A stretch of 64,000 bases of DNA from Eledone cirrhosa. Its lineage: Eukaryota. The notes under the pieces are model-generated. The model was not told the origin of the DNA. It saw nothing but the letters and a program-made list of their open reading frames with translations, and ran no database searches. The position numbers were made by a program, and so were the translations under genes. Position 1 is the stretch's first letter, and the number at the start of each line of letters is the position of its first letter. Below are positions 26,333 through 39,344 of the stretch, in pieces. The stretch spans positions 121,086,001 through 121,150,000 of the forward strand of contig OZ024741.1 of the NCBI GenBank assembly GCA_964016885.1, in the 5' to 3' direction.

Positions 26333-27359
26333 TTAGAAACACACAGATACATGCGGACACACACATATATACATGAATGCATCCGCACCCAACTGTGAGT
26401 TAAGGGTGCCAACTTCACCGATGTTGCTCAATGAATGACTGGGACAGACCAATTCAGTTGAACCAGACTGAACCAGTATCAGAGTTAAAAATACATTATG
26501 AAGAGCTCTGTTTCTCGACCGTTATATCGCGTGACTATCTCCCCCTCCGCCTTTTGGGATTCTTTCTCACGTCGTGTAGACGCGTTCTTGAGACTAGTAA
26601 AATGAGGTATCCTCTTGATAAGTCGGCAGACCTCGCAGGGACTCTATATCTTTGATATATTGTTTTTGTTTATGCCACGAAACTACGTAGTCGAGGAATT
26701 TAGGAGCAGTTTAGGTATGATACATTTTATTACTAATTATATCTAAATGTTTCTTCTCTCTTCATAATGTATTTTTAACTCTGATACTGGTTCAGTCTGG
26801 TTCAACTGAATTGGTCTGTCCCAGTCATTCATTGAGCAACATCGGTGAAGTTGGCACCCTTAACTCACAGTTGGGTGCGGATGCATTCATGTATATATGT
26901 GTGTGTCCGCATGTATCTGTGTGTTTCTAAATATATTGTTAATAACTCCCTCTGGTCGAGCAATCTTTGAAGTGTGGGGACAACTGGAAAGCTTCCATTA
27001 CTCATACTTCTCGCCTTCTTCACCACCTCTTCTACGGCCTCGATATGAATACCCCCTCCGCCTCCGTGGTATTTTCTTCGTGGTTATAAGAGGCTTAGCT
27101 CTGTTTCTCGACCGTTATATCGCGTGACTATCTCCCCCTCCGCCTTTTGGGATTCTTTCTCACGTCGTGTAGACGCGTTCTTGAGACTAGTAAAATGAGG
27201 TATCCTCTTGATAAGTCGGCAGACCTCGCAGGGACTCTATATCTTTGATATATTGTTTTTGTTTATGCCACGAAACTACGTAGTCGAGGAATTTAGGAGC
27301 AGTTTAGGTATGATACATTTTATTACTAATTATATCTAAATGTTTCTTCTCTCTTCATA

Positions 27360-27365
<6 letters not shown>
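26326..27365. repeat. Composite inverted plus direct repeat between (TA)n tracts
   Basis: 26326-26505 is the reverse complement of 26758-26937; 26504-26772 equals 27097-27365. Confidence 0.9.
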
Positions 27366-27432
<67 letters not shown>

Positions 27433-27482
27433 TATGGGACGAGTTAGGTAGAGGTTGTTACACAACAGTTAGTTCACCATAC

Positions 27483-27520
27483 TGAGAACAATTGTTTCAC
27501 CTTAGCGGATCCTCAGCTCG
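27483..27520 (-). ncRNA. Minimal hammerhead ribozyme motif, family 1, inverted copy
   Basis: Minus strand reads CGAG CTGAGGA TCCGCTAAGGT GAAA CAATTG TT CTCA. Confidence 0.55.
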
Positions 27521-27565
27521 TAATGGTCATGGTTATACGGAACAGCCGTATAACCATGACCATTA

Positions 27566-27603
27566 CGAGCTGAGGATCCGCTAAGGTGAAACAATTGTTC
27601 TCG
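27566..27603 (+). ncRNA. Minimal type I hammerhead ribozyme motif, family 1
   Basis: Stem I CGAG/CTCG, core CTGAGGA, short stem II (T-CC-GCTAA-GG-T), GAAA, palindromic stem III ACAATTGT, GUU triplet. Confidence 0.6.
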
Positions 27604-27631
27604 GTGTGGTGAACTAACTGTTGTGTAACCA

Positions 27632-27701
<70 letters not shown>

Positions 27702-27716
27702 TATATATAGATATAT

Positions 27717-27812
<96 letters not shown>

Positions 27813-27958
27813 ACATATATAAAAAAAATAAGATTTCGCTTCAAGCATAGCTTTATACAATACTTACTGGCCCGTCCGGCTGGCGCTCAGCTAGGTATAC
27901 CTGCCCCCACCACTCCACTGCAAAGATACCACACACCCTCCTGTGTCACATTGTCCTT

Positions 27959-28013
<55 letters not shown>

Positions 28014-28558
28014 TCTCTCTCTATGTGTATATATTGAAGGGAGGTACGGAAACTAAAACAGTGTTGTCATATAGAGAGTGAAAAACGACAGAGAGAGAGT
28101 AAAGCAGTTAAATTATAGAGAGGGGTAATGATCAGATATGCGTGTGTGTGTTTGTGTCTGTGTGTCTGTGTATGTGTGTATGTGCATGTGTGTGTCTATG
28201 TGTTTTGTTTTGATGTTATCCGGCAATTGGCGAAATAAACATACATACAACGCTACGGAAAGCAAAAGAGTGTTGTCATATAGAGAGTGAAGAGCGACAG
28301 AGAGAGTAAAGCAGTTAAATTATAGAGAGGGGGAATGATCTATTATAGAGAGAGGGAAGAGCGACGGAGAGAGTAAAGCTAACAAACTATAGGGAGGTGT
28401 GTAGGATACATACATAATACACACGACACTCAGCTTTATAATATTATAGATGTATAGAAATTTCGTATTTCTAAAGAAATACGGTTTTAGGAAGCCGTAG
28501 CTATGCAAACACCGGGGCTAACGCCCTCTGGTGGTGTCCAGCAGAAGCAAGGGGGACA

Positions 28559-28593
28559 ACCGTCTATGCATTTCAGGCCTTCGTCAGGACGGT
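28559..28593 (-). ncRNA. Hammerhead motif, family 2, inverted copy with a 9-nt stem II deletion
   Basis: Minus strand reads ACCGTC CTGACGA AGGCCT GAAA TGCA TA GACGGT. Confidence 0.55.
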
Positions 28594-28810
28594 CCCTCCA
28601 ACCGCTTGCTACGGCTTCCGAAAACAGTACTTCTTTAGAAATACGAAATTTCTATACATATTGTATGAAGCGAAATCCTATTTTTTTTTCTATTATAAGT
28701 TGAGCTAACTTATGCAGCTTCATATGCAAATGGGATTAATCACCTCATTTACACATGAGAAAACTATATATTCTTGACTGTTTTCAAGTCCAGCAGTAGC
28801 AAGCAGTGGG

Positions 28811-28865
28811 AGGGACCGTCCTGACGAAGGCCAGTCAAGCCTGAAATGCATAGACGGTTGTCCCC
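28811..28865 (+). ncRNA. Minimal type I hammerhead ribozyme motif, family 2
   Basis: ACCGTC-CTGACGA-AGGC(CAGTCAA)GCCT-GAAA-TGCA-TA-GACGGT; 6-bp stem I extendable by GGGA/TCCC, palindromic ATGCAT stem III, AUA triplet. Confidence 0.8.
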
Positions 28866-29343
28866 CTTGCTTCTGCTGGACACCACCAGAGGGCGTTAAC
28901 CCCGGTGTTTGCATAGCTACGGCTTCCTAAAACCGCATATCTTTAGAAATACGAAATTTCTCTCTCTCTCTCTCTCTATATATATATGCCCCCCCTCCCC
29001 CCCCACTTCCTCTCCCAAACCAATATCAACAACATATCTTTGACAAATGATCCCAAACTATCCTTCTTTTCTCTTTTTCCTGTCATCCCATTCTTATCAA
29101 AAGACATGTATCTAACACCGCATTAAAACCCAGACAAACACCTAAATTCATCTTTGATATAGAAATTTGTATAAGATATCTTTATAAATTTAAGAGAGTT
29201 GATTCAGCTATGCCATTATATACTCATCAAAGGTCAGCTAATGAAATAAAACCAGCAGACGAGGATGTTTAAAACCACCTTCTCAAACACCCTTATCTTG
29301 AAACCTCACCATTTTCTGAGTGTATATGTGTGTATGTGTGTGC

Positions 29344-29419
<76 letters not shown>

Positions 29420-29422
29420 GTG

Positions 29423-29520
<98 letters not shown>

Positions 29521-29785
29521 TGTGTGTGTATGTATGCTTTAATTCCTCCAAATCTTCATTATCATCAACACTCATTAACACCACACCGCACATCCCAGAC
29601 ACATCCAAATCTCTCTTATATATATAGTCACACATGTCAACACAACCTGATCTCAGTTTGACAATCGCCACAGACGAATGCGAGAAAGTTCTCCAACCAA
29701 AGTTTACCAGGAATCTTTAAAATTCTTCCCACCGAAGTTAACAAAGAACTTACTAGATCTACCAACTCATAATATTATAATATTA

Positions 29786-29960
29786 TCTATATATCTAAAA
29801 CAGAGAATGTCTGTCTGTCTCTCTGCCTGTCTGTCAGCTCCCTAAAACTTGAGAACCACCCAACCGATTGTTTTCAAACTTTACACATGTAATACTTATG
29901 GTCCTGTGAGTGTTTTGAGAAAGAATTTCAAATTTTCAATGCCCTAGGGACCGCATTAGG
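29786..29960 (+). mobile_element. Possible non-autonomous Helitron-like 5' portion
   Basis: ATCTATATATCTAAAA start followed by (TGTC)n and CAACCGATT...AAACTTTACAC; pattern recognition only. Confidence 0.4.
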
Positions 29961-30039
29961 CGAATTAGCGATCTCACTCTATAATTCTTATTCTTTCTTT
30001 TTAGATAGATACATAGATATAACGTTGCGCCCTTATAAT

Positions 30040-30223
30040 TGTTTCTACGTTTGGCACAAGGCTAGCAATTTACCCAGTGTATTACTGGTACTTTATTTTA
30101 TCGACCCCGTAAGGATGAAAGGCAAAGTTAACCTCGGCGGGATTTGAACTCAGAATGGCAAGGGCCGTAACTCTATGCGTCAAAGCATGGCGTCCGACCC
30201 TCTACCGATATTGCCAATCCACC
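30040..30223 (-). mobile_element. SINE family A with 15-bp TSD
   Basis: TTGCGCCCTTATAAT at 30025-30039 and 30224-30238. Confidence 0.85.
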
Positions 30224-30430
30224 TTGCGCCCTTATAATATCTGTCTGTATATCTGCATTAATACATTATGACGCTGTGTGTGTATATGTATATATATAGT
30301 GTGTGTGTATATATAGTGCGTAACATTTTTCGAAATATTTACTTCTGCGTTCACAGATTGATTTTTTTAGTTTCAGAAGATCTCGTTAAGGGTGAAAACA
30401 GCGATTCCGTGCTTAAACTTTAATCTGTTA

Positions 30431-30494
<64 letters not shown>

Positions 30495-30701
30495 TATATT
30501 CGTGTACAGATATTTTTACATACACAATAACAAAATATAAACAAACGTATTTATTTCACGAGGCTCGATAAGGATAAGTATATATCAAATATATAAGAAC
30601 TCCAGAGCAAATTCCGAGCAACGCCGGGCCATTCTAAAATTAAATCAAATTTTTTTAACACTACAAGTGAAGTCATTCTTTTCCTTTTTTTCAAATATAC
30701 C

Positions 30702-30789
30702 TAACTGTACCAAGGATCTCACACATTTTCCAATATATATATATATATATATATATATTGGAAAATGTGTGAGATCCTTGGTACAGTTA
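30702..30789. repeat. Perfect 88-bp palindrome centred on (AT)n
   Basis: TAACTGTACCAAGGATCTCACACATTTTCC-(AT)n-GGAAAATGTGTGAGATCCTTGGTACAGTTA. Confidence 0.9.
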
Positions 30790-30914
30790 TATATATGTGT
30801 GTGTGTGTAAATATGAGAATAAACGTGCTATGAAGTTAGTCCTTCATCAGTGATCTTCCAACCATCATCGGTATTTCATCGCATATATATATATGTGTGT
30901 GTGTGGGTGTGTGT

Positions 30915-30989
<75 letters not shown>

Positions 30990-30993
30990 TATA

Positions 30994-31490
30994 TACTAGC
31001 TGAGGTATCTGGTAATACCCGGGAGCGGGGGTATTCCCAGTTCCCATTAAAATGCCCAATGCCTCACAGACCAACATTGAAATCAAAATATAGGACAGAT
31101 AATCAAAAGCGAAGACAAATTCATGTACGAAACAATAATACAAACAAATATTGTTGATTGCATTGGTCAGGCGAAAAAATGTTTGTCAGTGAAGTTGAGT
31201 GTTGTTATAAGAAAGAAAATAGAACCCCATTAGGGTGTCTTAATATTATTGAAATTTGCTGAAATTTTGTGAATAGGCATCATATTTTGTCATTTACCTA
31301 TGATTTAAATTTCATAAATCGAAGGGAAAACATTTTCAGCGGAGGTTTGAGCCCCCTGGGAGCCTTTTGATTAAAATGAAATATACGTAAGAAATCAAAT
31401 GGGCATGAGCCCCACACACGTCAAGTTTCATCAAGATCGGTTTGGTAGTTTTTGAGTTTTAGGTTCACAAACAAACAGACAGAAATTGGC

Positions 31491-31495
<5 letters not shown>
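30994..31495 (-). mobile_element. Non-autonomous Helitron-like element
   Basis: ACTAG terminus with an adjacent GC-rich segment; (ACAG)n-type other end; the interior matches the 44670-45425 array. Confidence 0.5.
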
Positions 31496-31566
<71 letters not shown>

Positions 31567-31691
31567 ATGTGCGTGTGTGTGTGTATTCGTAGTTATATAT
31601 CAATAATATCCCTCTACTGAAAACGTTATAATAGATAGCAATCCTGCAGACGAAAAGGAAATGGGCTTCCATTTTTTATCATTGCGCATGC

Positions 31692-31757
<66 letters not shown>

Positions 31758-31829
31758 GTGGAACACTGGAAGGTAATATCCGTAGTGGTAGAGCACTCAG
31801 TCCTTCCTGTTCCTATAACCATATACATC

Positions 31830-31869
31830 CCGAGCTGAAGATCCGCGAAGGTGAAACAATTGTTCTCGG
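31830..31869 (+). ncRNA. Hammerhead motif, family 1, third copy
   Basis: CCGAG CTGAAGA TCCGCGAAGGT GAAA CAATTG TT CTCGG, plus a distal ACCATA/TATGGT pairing; lies between (TA)n tracts. Confidence 0.65.
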
Positions 31870-31897
31870 TATGGTGAACTAACTGTTGTGTAACCAC

Positions 31898-31998
<101 letters not shown>

Positions 31999-32001
31999 AA
32001 T

Positions 32002-32039
<38 letters not shown>

Positions 32040-34231
32040 GCGTGTGTGTGTGTGTGTGTGTGCGTGTGTGTGCGTGCATGTGTGTGTATAACATATTTAA
32101 TAAAACATGTACATAAAAAGTTAAGCAAATTTTTTGGTGGGGAGTTGTGGGGAGGTAAGAGTTTTGCACTGGATAAAGGTTTCTAAAATAGAGGTGAGAG
32201 TTTCTTTTAGATACCGCTGTCAAGGCCGAACCGGAGGAAGTACGGCTTTCAAATTAGGTACAATGCCACTACCCTACCTAGCTAGGATAGTGCGTTATAG
32301 AAAAATACGCCAAGCACCAGCATTTGACTGCTACTTCTTTTATCGACAGAGGAACGAAAGAAAAAGACATCAATTCTGGAACGTCTATGTAGGAACAAAC
32401 AAAACATAAATGAATGTAAAATAAAATATCCTATTTTAATACAAGTTTTTCATTTTAACAGACAGCTGAAAAGAGGGTTCAATGGATGTTATATCTACCC
32501 TATTTAAGTAATATGGTTGGAATTAAAATATATTCTTTTAATAGCATGCCTCTTACTTAAGTACCCCCTGGTAGTTTAACCTACGTTTTAACCCTCGTCC
32601 GAGCTGTGTTCCTATACTTTCAGGTATCTCAGGCCTCCACTGGTACTCTAATCTTTCACCCCACTACAACAAAAAATATTGACAGCCCTGTCTTTAGCGG
32701 ACCAGATCTCTGGTTTGAGAATATTTTCCCCTATCTCTCTTCATCTCTCCCACCAATTTTAGAGGCCCTGAAAAGAGCCATGAGCATTGCCTTTCTTTCG
32801 TTGACTAAACATTAAAAAGAAAAATGATAATACTGAGTCGTCCCATGATCGTTAAGACTGACCAGGAATAGGTGTTATGAGGTTTAAAAAGCTTTGGAGT
32901 AAAATGTTCCGTGGTATTGAATTTTGATGCGTACAGGTTGAAATTCCTTTGATGTTATTCAAGTAACAGTTTCTGATTTAGGCACAAGGCCAATACTTTT
33001 GGGGAAAGAGAAAGTCGATTAAATCGACCTCAGTGCGTTACTGGTACTTTATTTCATCGACCCTGTAAGGATCAAAGGCAAAGCTAACTTCGACGGGATT
33101 TGAACTCAAGGTTATTGAAATAACGAAATGTAAGCACATCAATCAAGTATGCAATGGTACTGTCAAGGAAGACAATAAGGTGGGGTGCTAGTAATCAATT
33201 AACTAGTAAGTTGATGTTGCTTCATGGTCAGCTTTGTATTATTCATAAGGTTGACTAGGAGCACTGCAAGGTCTAGAGGCTCGTCAAAGTCATTTGGCTG
33301 CAGTGAGGTGAAAGACTGAAGTGTTAGAGATCTAAAATGCTTGAGAACCTAAGGGCTTGAAATACCGGAAAGTCTATGGACTCGGTCATAGGTTAAAACG
33401 ATCAAGTTCATGGTCCCAGCGAAAATAATTGCGAGTACATTACTCCGGAGGATAGCAAGAGAGATGAACTTTAATTTTTAATAAAATACTCTGTCTGTGG
33501 GTTTTCGATTAATTTTGAAAATAATCAAGAATTTTTAAAGAATTACAAAATGTTTAAGCTGGTGTTTGGAATATAACTTAGCAGTTTTTTGGGTTTTTTT
33601 TACATAAAAATTTGTGAAGGCGCAGGGCTTAATGGTTAGAGAATTGGATTCGCAATCATGAAGATGCGAGTTCGAATTCCGGACCATGCGATGCGTTATG
33701 TCCTTGAACAAGACGTTTTATTTTACGTTGCTCTTTCTGTCAGGAGTTGCAGCCAGTAAATAGTATCAACAATGGAAACATTATTTCATTAATCCGATTT
33801 GACGAGTTCCATCCAACTCGTTAAGTAAATAAGGTTTGGGATCTTGTCGCTCGTTAAAATAAATATTATGATGGACTGTTTCGATTTAAATATGAACACT
33901 TTAAAATAAACAGCTATGTATCATCAAATAGGAGCTGTTCCTGGTGGTTTTGTATCAGAAGGGCTAAATCTATGTCACTTTACATATATTGTTAAATATC
34001 TACTAGGATGGAAACATTTACAACACACACTTCCATAGGTTTTCCTTTAAAAGCATTTTGCTTTTTCCCAATGCAATAAAATAAAGTTTATAATTATATA
34101 ATTAATATATATATGTATAACATAGTATATATTGGAAAATCTAAGACAAATTTAATGTAAGTATAACTGTTGTTTATAAACCTCACTGTGAAAATATAAA
34201 CGGATGTGAAATGATATTAACCAATACTTAC

Positions 34232-34490
34232 AATCTGCAGCCGTGTTAGTATAACATTCCCAAAACATTCCCACTGTACGATTATAGGCAATACGAGCTA
34301 ACTCCAAATTATTTTTATCCGATGTAATTTTCAGTTGTTTGGTGGAAAACAATTCTCGATTGACTTTAAAGATGAGCCAGTTGTCCGTGGCAAGGGAAAC
34401 ACCCAACATAATGATAATAATCGGCAGAAATAGGAAACAAGTGACAAAATGACAGATTCTTGATCGACTTTTTGGGTTACCGCGAGCCAT
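34232..34490 (-). CDS. Claudin/PMP22-like protein, coding exon 1
   Basis: ATG at 34490; TM1 FVTCFLFLPIIIIMLGVSLAT, then DNW and GMFWEC (W...GLW..C-like signature); donor GTAAGT at 34231, phase 1. Confidence 0.85.
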
Positions 34491-34989
34491 GTTTCAAGCC
34501 TATGTGTTTAGGGGCAAAATATTTAGAGAAGGAATGGTATATATCTCTATATATTTTGCTGTATTAAGACGAAATCTGCAATATCCAGGAGAAGAGAAAC
34601 AATATGGAAATAGAAACTAGGTACAGTCAGAGAGCACAGTAACAAAGCAGTAATATCAATAACAACAACAATAACAACAGTTGCTAGTGCAAGGACAACA
34701 AAACCAACAACTACAAAAGGAAGTTTATGAGTTGTTTTCGTTCTCATCAATCCTTTATTTCATTTTCTTTTTGGCTCTTTAAGCTCTGCCCAATCCTGTT
34801 TTTCTTGTGTTATCTGAGAGTATATTTGGAGAAATTCTCACCAAACTTACATCATCCTAAATATAAACCTTAACCTAAAATATTACCACCATCAAAACAT
34901 GTTCAGGTGAAATTTCAAAGCTTCCGGAAATAGTTCTTTTTCTCAACTTTGACCTCATTTTTGGTACTGCAAATATAATTTGAAGGTCA

Positions 34990-35172
34990 TGGCAGTATCG
35001 GTAGAGGGTCGGACGCCATGCTTTGACGCATGGAGTTACGGCCCTTGCCATTCTGAGTTTAAATCCCGCCGAGGTTAACTTTGCCTTTCATCCTTACGGG
35101 GTCGGTAAAATAAAGTACCAGTAATTCACTGGGTAATTGCTGGCCTTGTGCCAAAAAGTAGAAACAATTATT
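34990..35172 (+). mobile_element. SINE family A
   Basis: Nearly complete family A sequence. Confidence 0.8.
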
Positions 35173-36734
35173 TTAAACAATAGGCCATATGATCATTAGT
35201 ATTAATTAATCCTAATATTAAGGTGGCGAAGGGTAAGGAATTGGCAGAATTGGTAGAGTATTGGATATTGTGCCATTTAGGTATTTGTTCTGGTTCTTTA
35301 CAGTCTGAGTTCAATCCCACCGAAGTCAACTTTTATGAGGTTTATAACGACAGTCTTAGCTCTTTGTACCTCTTTTAATATATTTGGCGAGCTTCTGGCC
35401 GTGTGAATAAACAAAACAAAGACCCCCCCCCCAAAAAAAAAAGAAAGAAAGAATAAAAAAAACCCTTTCCGATCGATAAAATAGAGTACCAGTTAAGTGC
35501 TGGGGTTCATTTAATCAACTTTGCTATTTCTCAGATTGTTTATTTTCTGCCTAAAATATTTTTGTTGTATAAATTTTGAAGTCAAGAAATTATTGGCAGA
35601 AAATCAACAATTTGGGAAATGGCAAAGGTGATCAAACCAACCCCAGTACTTGATTGATATTTTATTTTATTGACTTTGAAGGGCGAAAGGCAAATTTGAC
35701 CTCGGTGGGATTTTAATTCAGAACGTAAAGACCCGCAATGGCATGCTCCCGACGCTCTAACAATTCTACCCAATCCATCGCCCTAAACAAAGTGGACAAT
35801 GGTTGAATTGAAACTAAGTAGTAATTTCAATTCAAATCCTCCCTTCATCTTTCAAAGGTCGATAAAATAAAGTGCCCTTCTCCTCCAAATTTGATGGCCT
35901 TGGCCTATTTATGTTCGGAACATCAACATATCTTAGTTTATTATTTTTGTTTTCGTCTTTAAAGAACAAAATAACGCAAACAATCCTTGCACCATCTTTA
36001 ACTCTTGACACCCTGTAATGATTTAGCAGAAAATATCTAAAAGTGGTTTTGTTAATTCAAATATTTATAGTATCCGTATTTGTAGACAGATCGTTGCGAA
36101 CATTTACAGTATTAAAGTAGAGACTTGAATTTTTAATATAAAAAAATCACCCATAGTACTCTCTCTCTCTCTTTTTTTTGCCTTTCAAGAGTGTCTTGGT
36201 AATGCTGTTTCATGTGAAACAGGATGTTTAGAGTTAATATATGCTCCATTTTCATATATCAAAACTTGATGAGGTTTATAATCACAAACAGTCTTATCAC
36301 TTTATATCCCTTTTAATATATAATCCGTTTGGCGAGCTTCTGGCTGTGCACAAAAACAAACAAACAAACAAACAAAAACAAAATAAAACTGCAAACAAAA
36401 AAGTAATCAGCAACACCAACAACAAAAACTGAAGATTTAATACATGAAAAATATTTTTTATTTTGGTCAGAGATTTTTTTCTCGTGTTTCTTGCAGTAAG
36501 GTAACTTTTGGCCCACTGAGGGCGACACTTTGTTTGGAGGGTGGCATGTTCGATGTGTATTGTGTTTTTTGTTTATTTGGAGGCATATTGAAAGCCCGCC
36601 TCGAGCGGGGCAAACCTTAGCTGTTATTGGGTTCTTATTTATATCATTATACATTTATCGAACTCCAATACATAACAACTAAAAAAACTGGACACACTTT
36701 TCTCACTATAATAACCCATAATGTTGCCATTATT

Positions 36735-37235
36735 ACGGGGTCGATAAAATAAAGTACCAGTAATGTACTGAGTAATTGCTGGCCTTGTGCCAAAAGTAGA
36801 AACAATTATTATCACGGCGACGATTGGCAGTATCGGTAGAGGGTCAGACGCCATGCTTTGCAGCATAGTTACGTCCCTTTACGGACTGAGTTCAAATCCC
36901 GCCGAGGTTAACTTTGCCTTTCATCCTTACGGGGTCGATAAAATAAAGTACCAGTAATGTACTGGGTAATTGCTGGCCTTGTGCCTAAAGTAGAAACAAT
37001 TATTATCACGGCGAGGGCGGTGGATTGGTAGAATCGTTAGAGCGTCGGTCAACATGCTTTGTCGTATATAGTTACGGCTCTTTACGTTCTGAGTTCAAGA
37101 CCCGCCGAAGTTAACTTTTCTTTTCATCCTTACGGGGCTAATAAAATGAAGTATCAGTAACCCACGGCAGTCGATTTATTCGACTTTCCCTTCCCTTCAA
37201 ATTGTTGGCTGTGGGCCTAATGTAAAAACAGTTTT
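36735..37235 (+). mobile_element. Head-to-tail cluster of three family A-type SINEs
   Basis: Partial, full and diverged copies; ATTATCACGGCGA is duplicated around the middle copy. Confidence 0.8.
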
Positions 37236-37997
37236 ACGATGGCAGTGATTATATAGCTGTTTTAATTTTTTTTTTACTGTTTGGTCAGTGAGAGAAGAGC
37301 AATGTCCATGACCTTTTCCAGGGGAAGAGGAAGTAAGGTGTTTTCAAACTTGAGACACGGCTCATGATTGCAGCAGGACAGACTCCGCTATCGGCAACTA
37401 AGGGCCAAGTGGTGGCATTAAATTGGGTGACCAATTAAATCTATGGTGCATTTCTCGTTAATGAAGAAAAAAAAAAAAATAGTATAAATGCACTTAGAAA
37501 TATTGTAGGTTGACGGAACAAAATAGTAGAAAATTTTAAATGTGTGTCACATAGACAATGGTGATCGTGTGAGTAGTAATAACTCTATTTAGCATTGGCA
37601 CAAGGCCAGTTCTTAACTGGTACTTTATTCTATCGAACTAAGAAGACTGAAAGGCAAAGTTAACCTCGATATATTATCATTAATGTGACCAGTAATAATA
37701 GCAGATGTATATTTTTAGAAGAAAGTGTATTTGTAATATACTCTGAAAATATACAGCCATAGAAATACTAGCTGGAGGTTGAATAGGGGAGGCAACTCCG
37801 CTTCCAGATTCGGGAAACGCAAGAAGAAAAGAAATCGGACAACGCAAGAAAAAGCAAAAATATTAACAAATGAACAACAATGTCAGCTAATAATTGTTTC
37901 TACTTTTGGCACAAGGCCAGCAATTACCTCAGTGTATTACTGGTGCTTTAATGCACTGAGGTAATTGCTGGCCTTGTTCCAAAAGTAGAAACAGTGG

Positions 37998-38326
37998 CAC
38001 TACAACGCTATTTAGCTGTCAGTCCAGTGGAAAACAGGCGAAGGTGACGTCACTCGTCAACATCGTTTATTTCCGTATTACTACCACGCGTAAGTGGAGT
38101 TTTTACGTGTTTTTTTGAGAGAGAGAGGGAAGAGGAGAGATAGGGAAGAGAGAGAGAGGGAAGAGAGAGAGGGAAGACTTAAAAGGGCCAAATTAGAAAA
38201 CAAATTTAAGTTAATTAGAAAACAAGTCATGGTTATCAATGTAGAAAACAAGTCATTCATAAATTTAAGTTTTATAATAAAAAATTTTTTTCACCAACAA
38301 ATATGACAGCTAATAGCGTTGTATTG
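37998..38326. mobile_element. Possible CACTA-type non-autonomous element
   Basis: TIR CACTACAACGCTATTTAGCTGTCA / TGACAGCTAATAGCGTTGTATTG; no clear TSD. Confidence 0.5.
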
Positions 38327-38364
38327 CTCGCAATTCTGTATCTTTACGTATATTGCGCATAGAT

Positions 38365-38620
38365 ACGAGGGTTGACAAAGATACTCTCATGGAATGTGAC
38401 CAAATGAGGTTTATTTTTCAACATAGTCTCCCTTACGTTCCACACACTTCTTCCATCGGTGTTACAGTACTGAGATCAATGTTTTCCTCGGTAGTGGCAG
38501 TTGTAGGACGTCCAGACATTGGGTCCTCTTCAAGAATCCCCTATCCTTTCCTAAATTCGGCTGCCCACTTTTGCACAAAGGAAAATTGTGGTACAATATT
38601 GTAAGGTCTGCTTATAGCAT
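38365..38620. mobile_element. Mariner-like DNA transposon relic
   Basis: TACGAGGG start and TTTATTTTTCAACATAGTCTCC..CACAC end motif typical of mariner termini; no ORF. Confidence 0.45.
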
Positions 38621-39344
38621 TATCCATCTTTCAAAAATGAAGGTCCACATTTCGTCGACTTCAATACATTTTATTACATTTTATTGTATTGTAAACATGA
38701 ACTTTTATGGAAATTTTATTACAAAATTTCAATTTTGTTCGAGTTTTTGGAATTTATTTAACAAACATGGAAAAATAAGAAAAAGAATAAAATAAAAAAT
38801 AATTTGATTGCCTTTAATAAAGAAGATAAACAGAGTGGAACTGATTTCCAGGTCATACTAATGAAACAAGGTTTTTTCCATTACTGATATTATCTGTCTG
38901 CCGCAAGTCCTGGTAGAAGATGCTACACGAACTAAAGTATTTTACTGAAGGACGCAACATGCTGCAGGATCGAAGAAACGAACCCATGACTTTATAATGG
39001 TTAGTCCAGTACCGTAACCCCTAAGGCATGTGCCTTCACAGAGGAAAGGTAAATCATATTATAACAGATTAGATGGGTACTATGTTAGATATTACTATGT
39101 GTCATATTATACTAAAGAGGAAGTGTGCTATATAATAAACATTGATATCAGGTTGATTCAATAACTACCCGGTCCCAAATATGAACCCATGAACTTATGG
39201 TCGTCAGTCAAACGCTTTAACCATTGTATGTATGGATGGATGTATGTATGTATGTGTGTATACATGTATGTATGGATGGATGTATGTATGTATGGATGTA
39301 TGCATGTATGTATATATGTATATATGTAAGTATGTATGCGTGTA

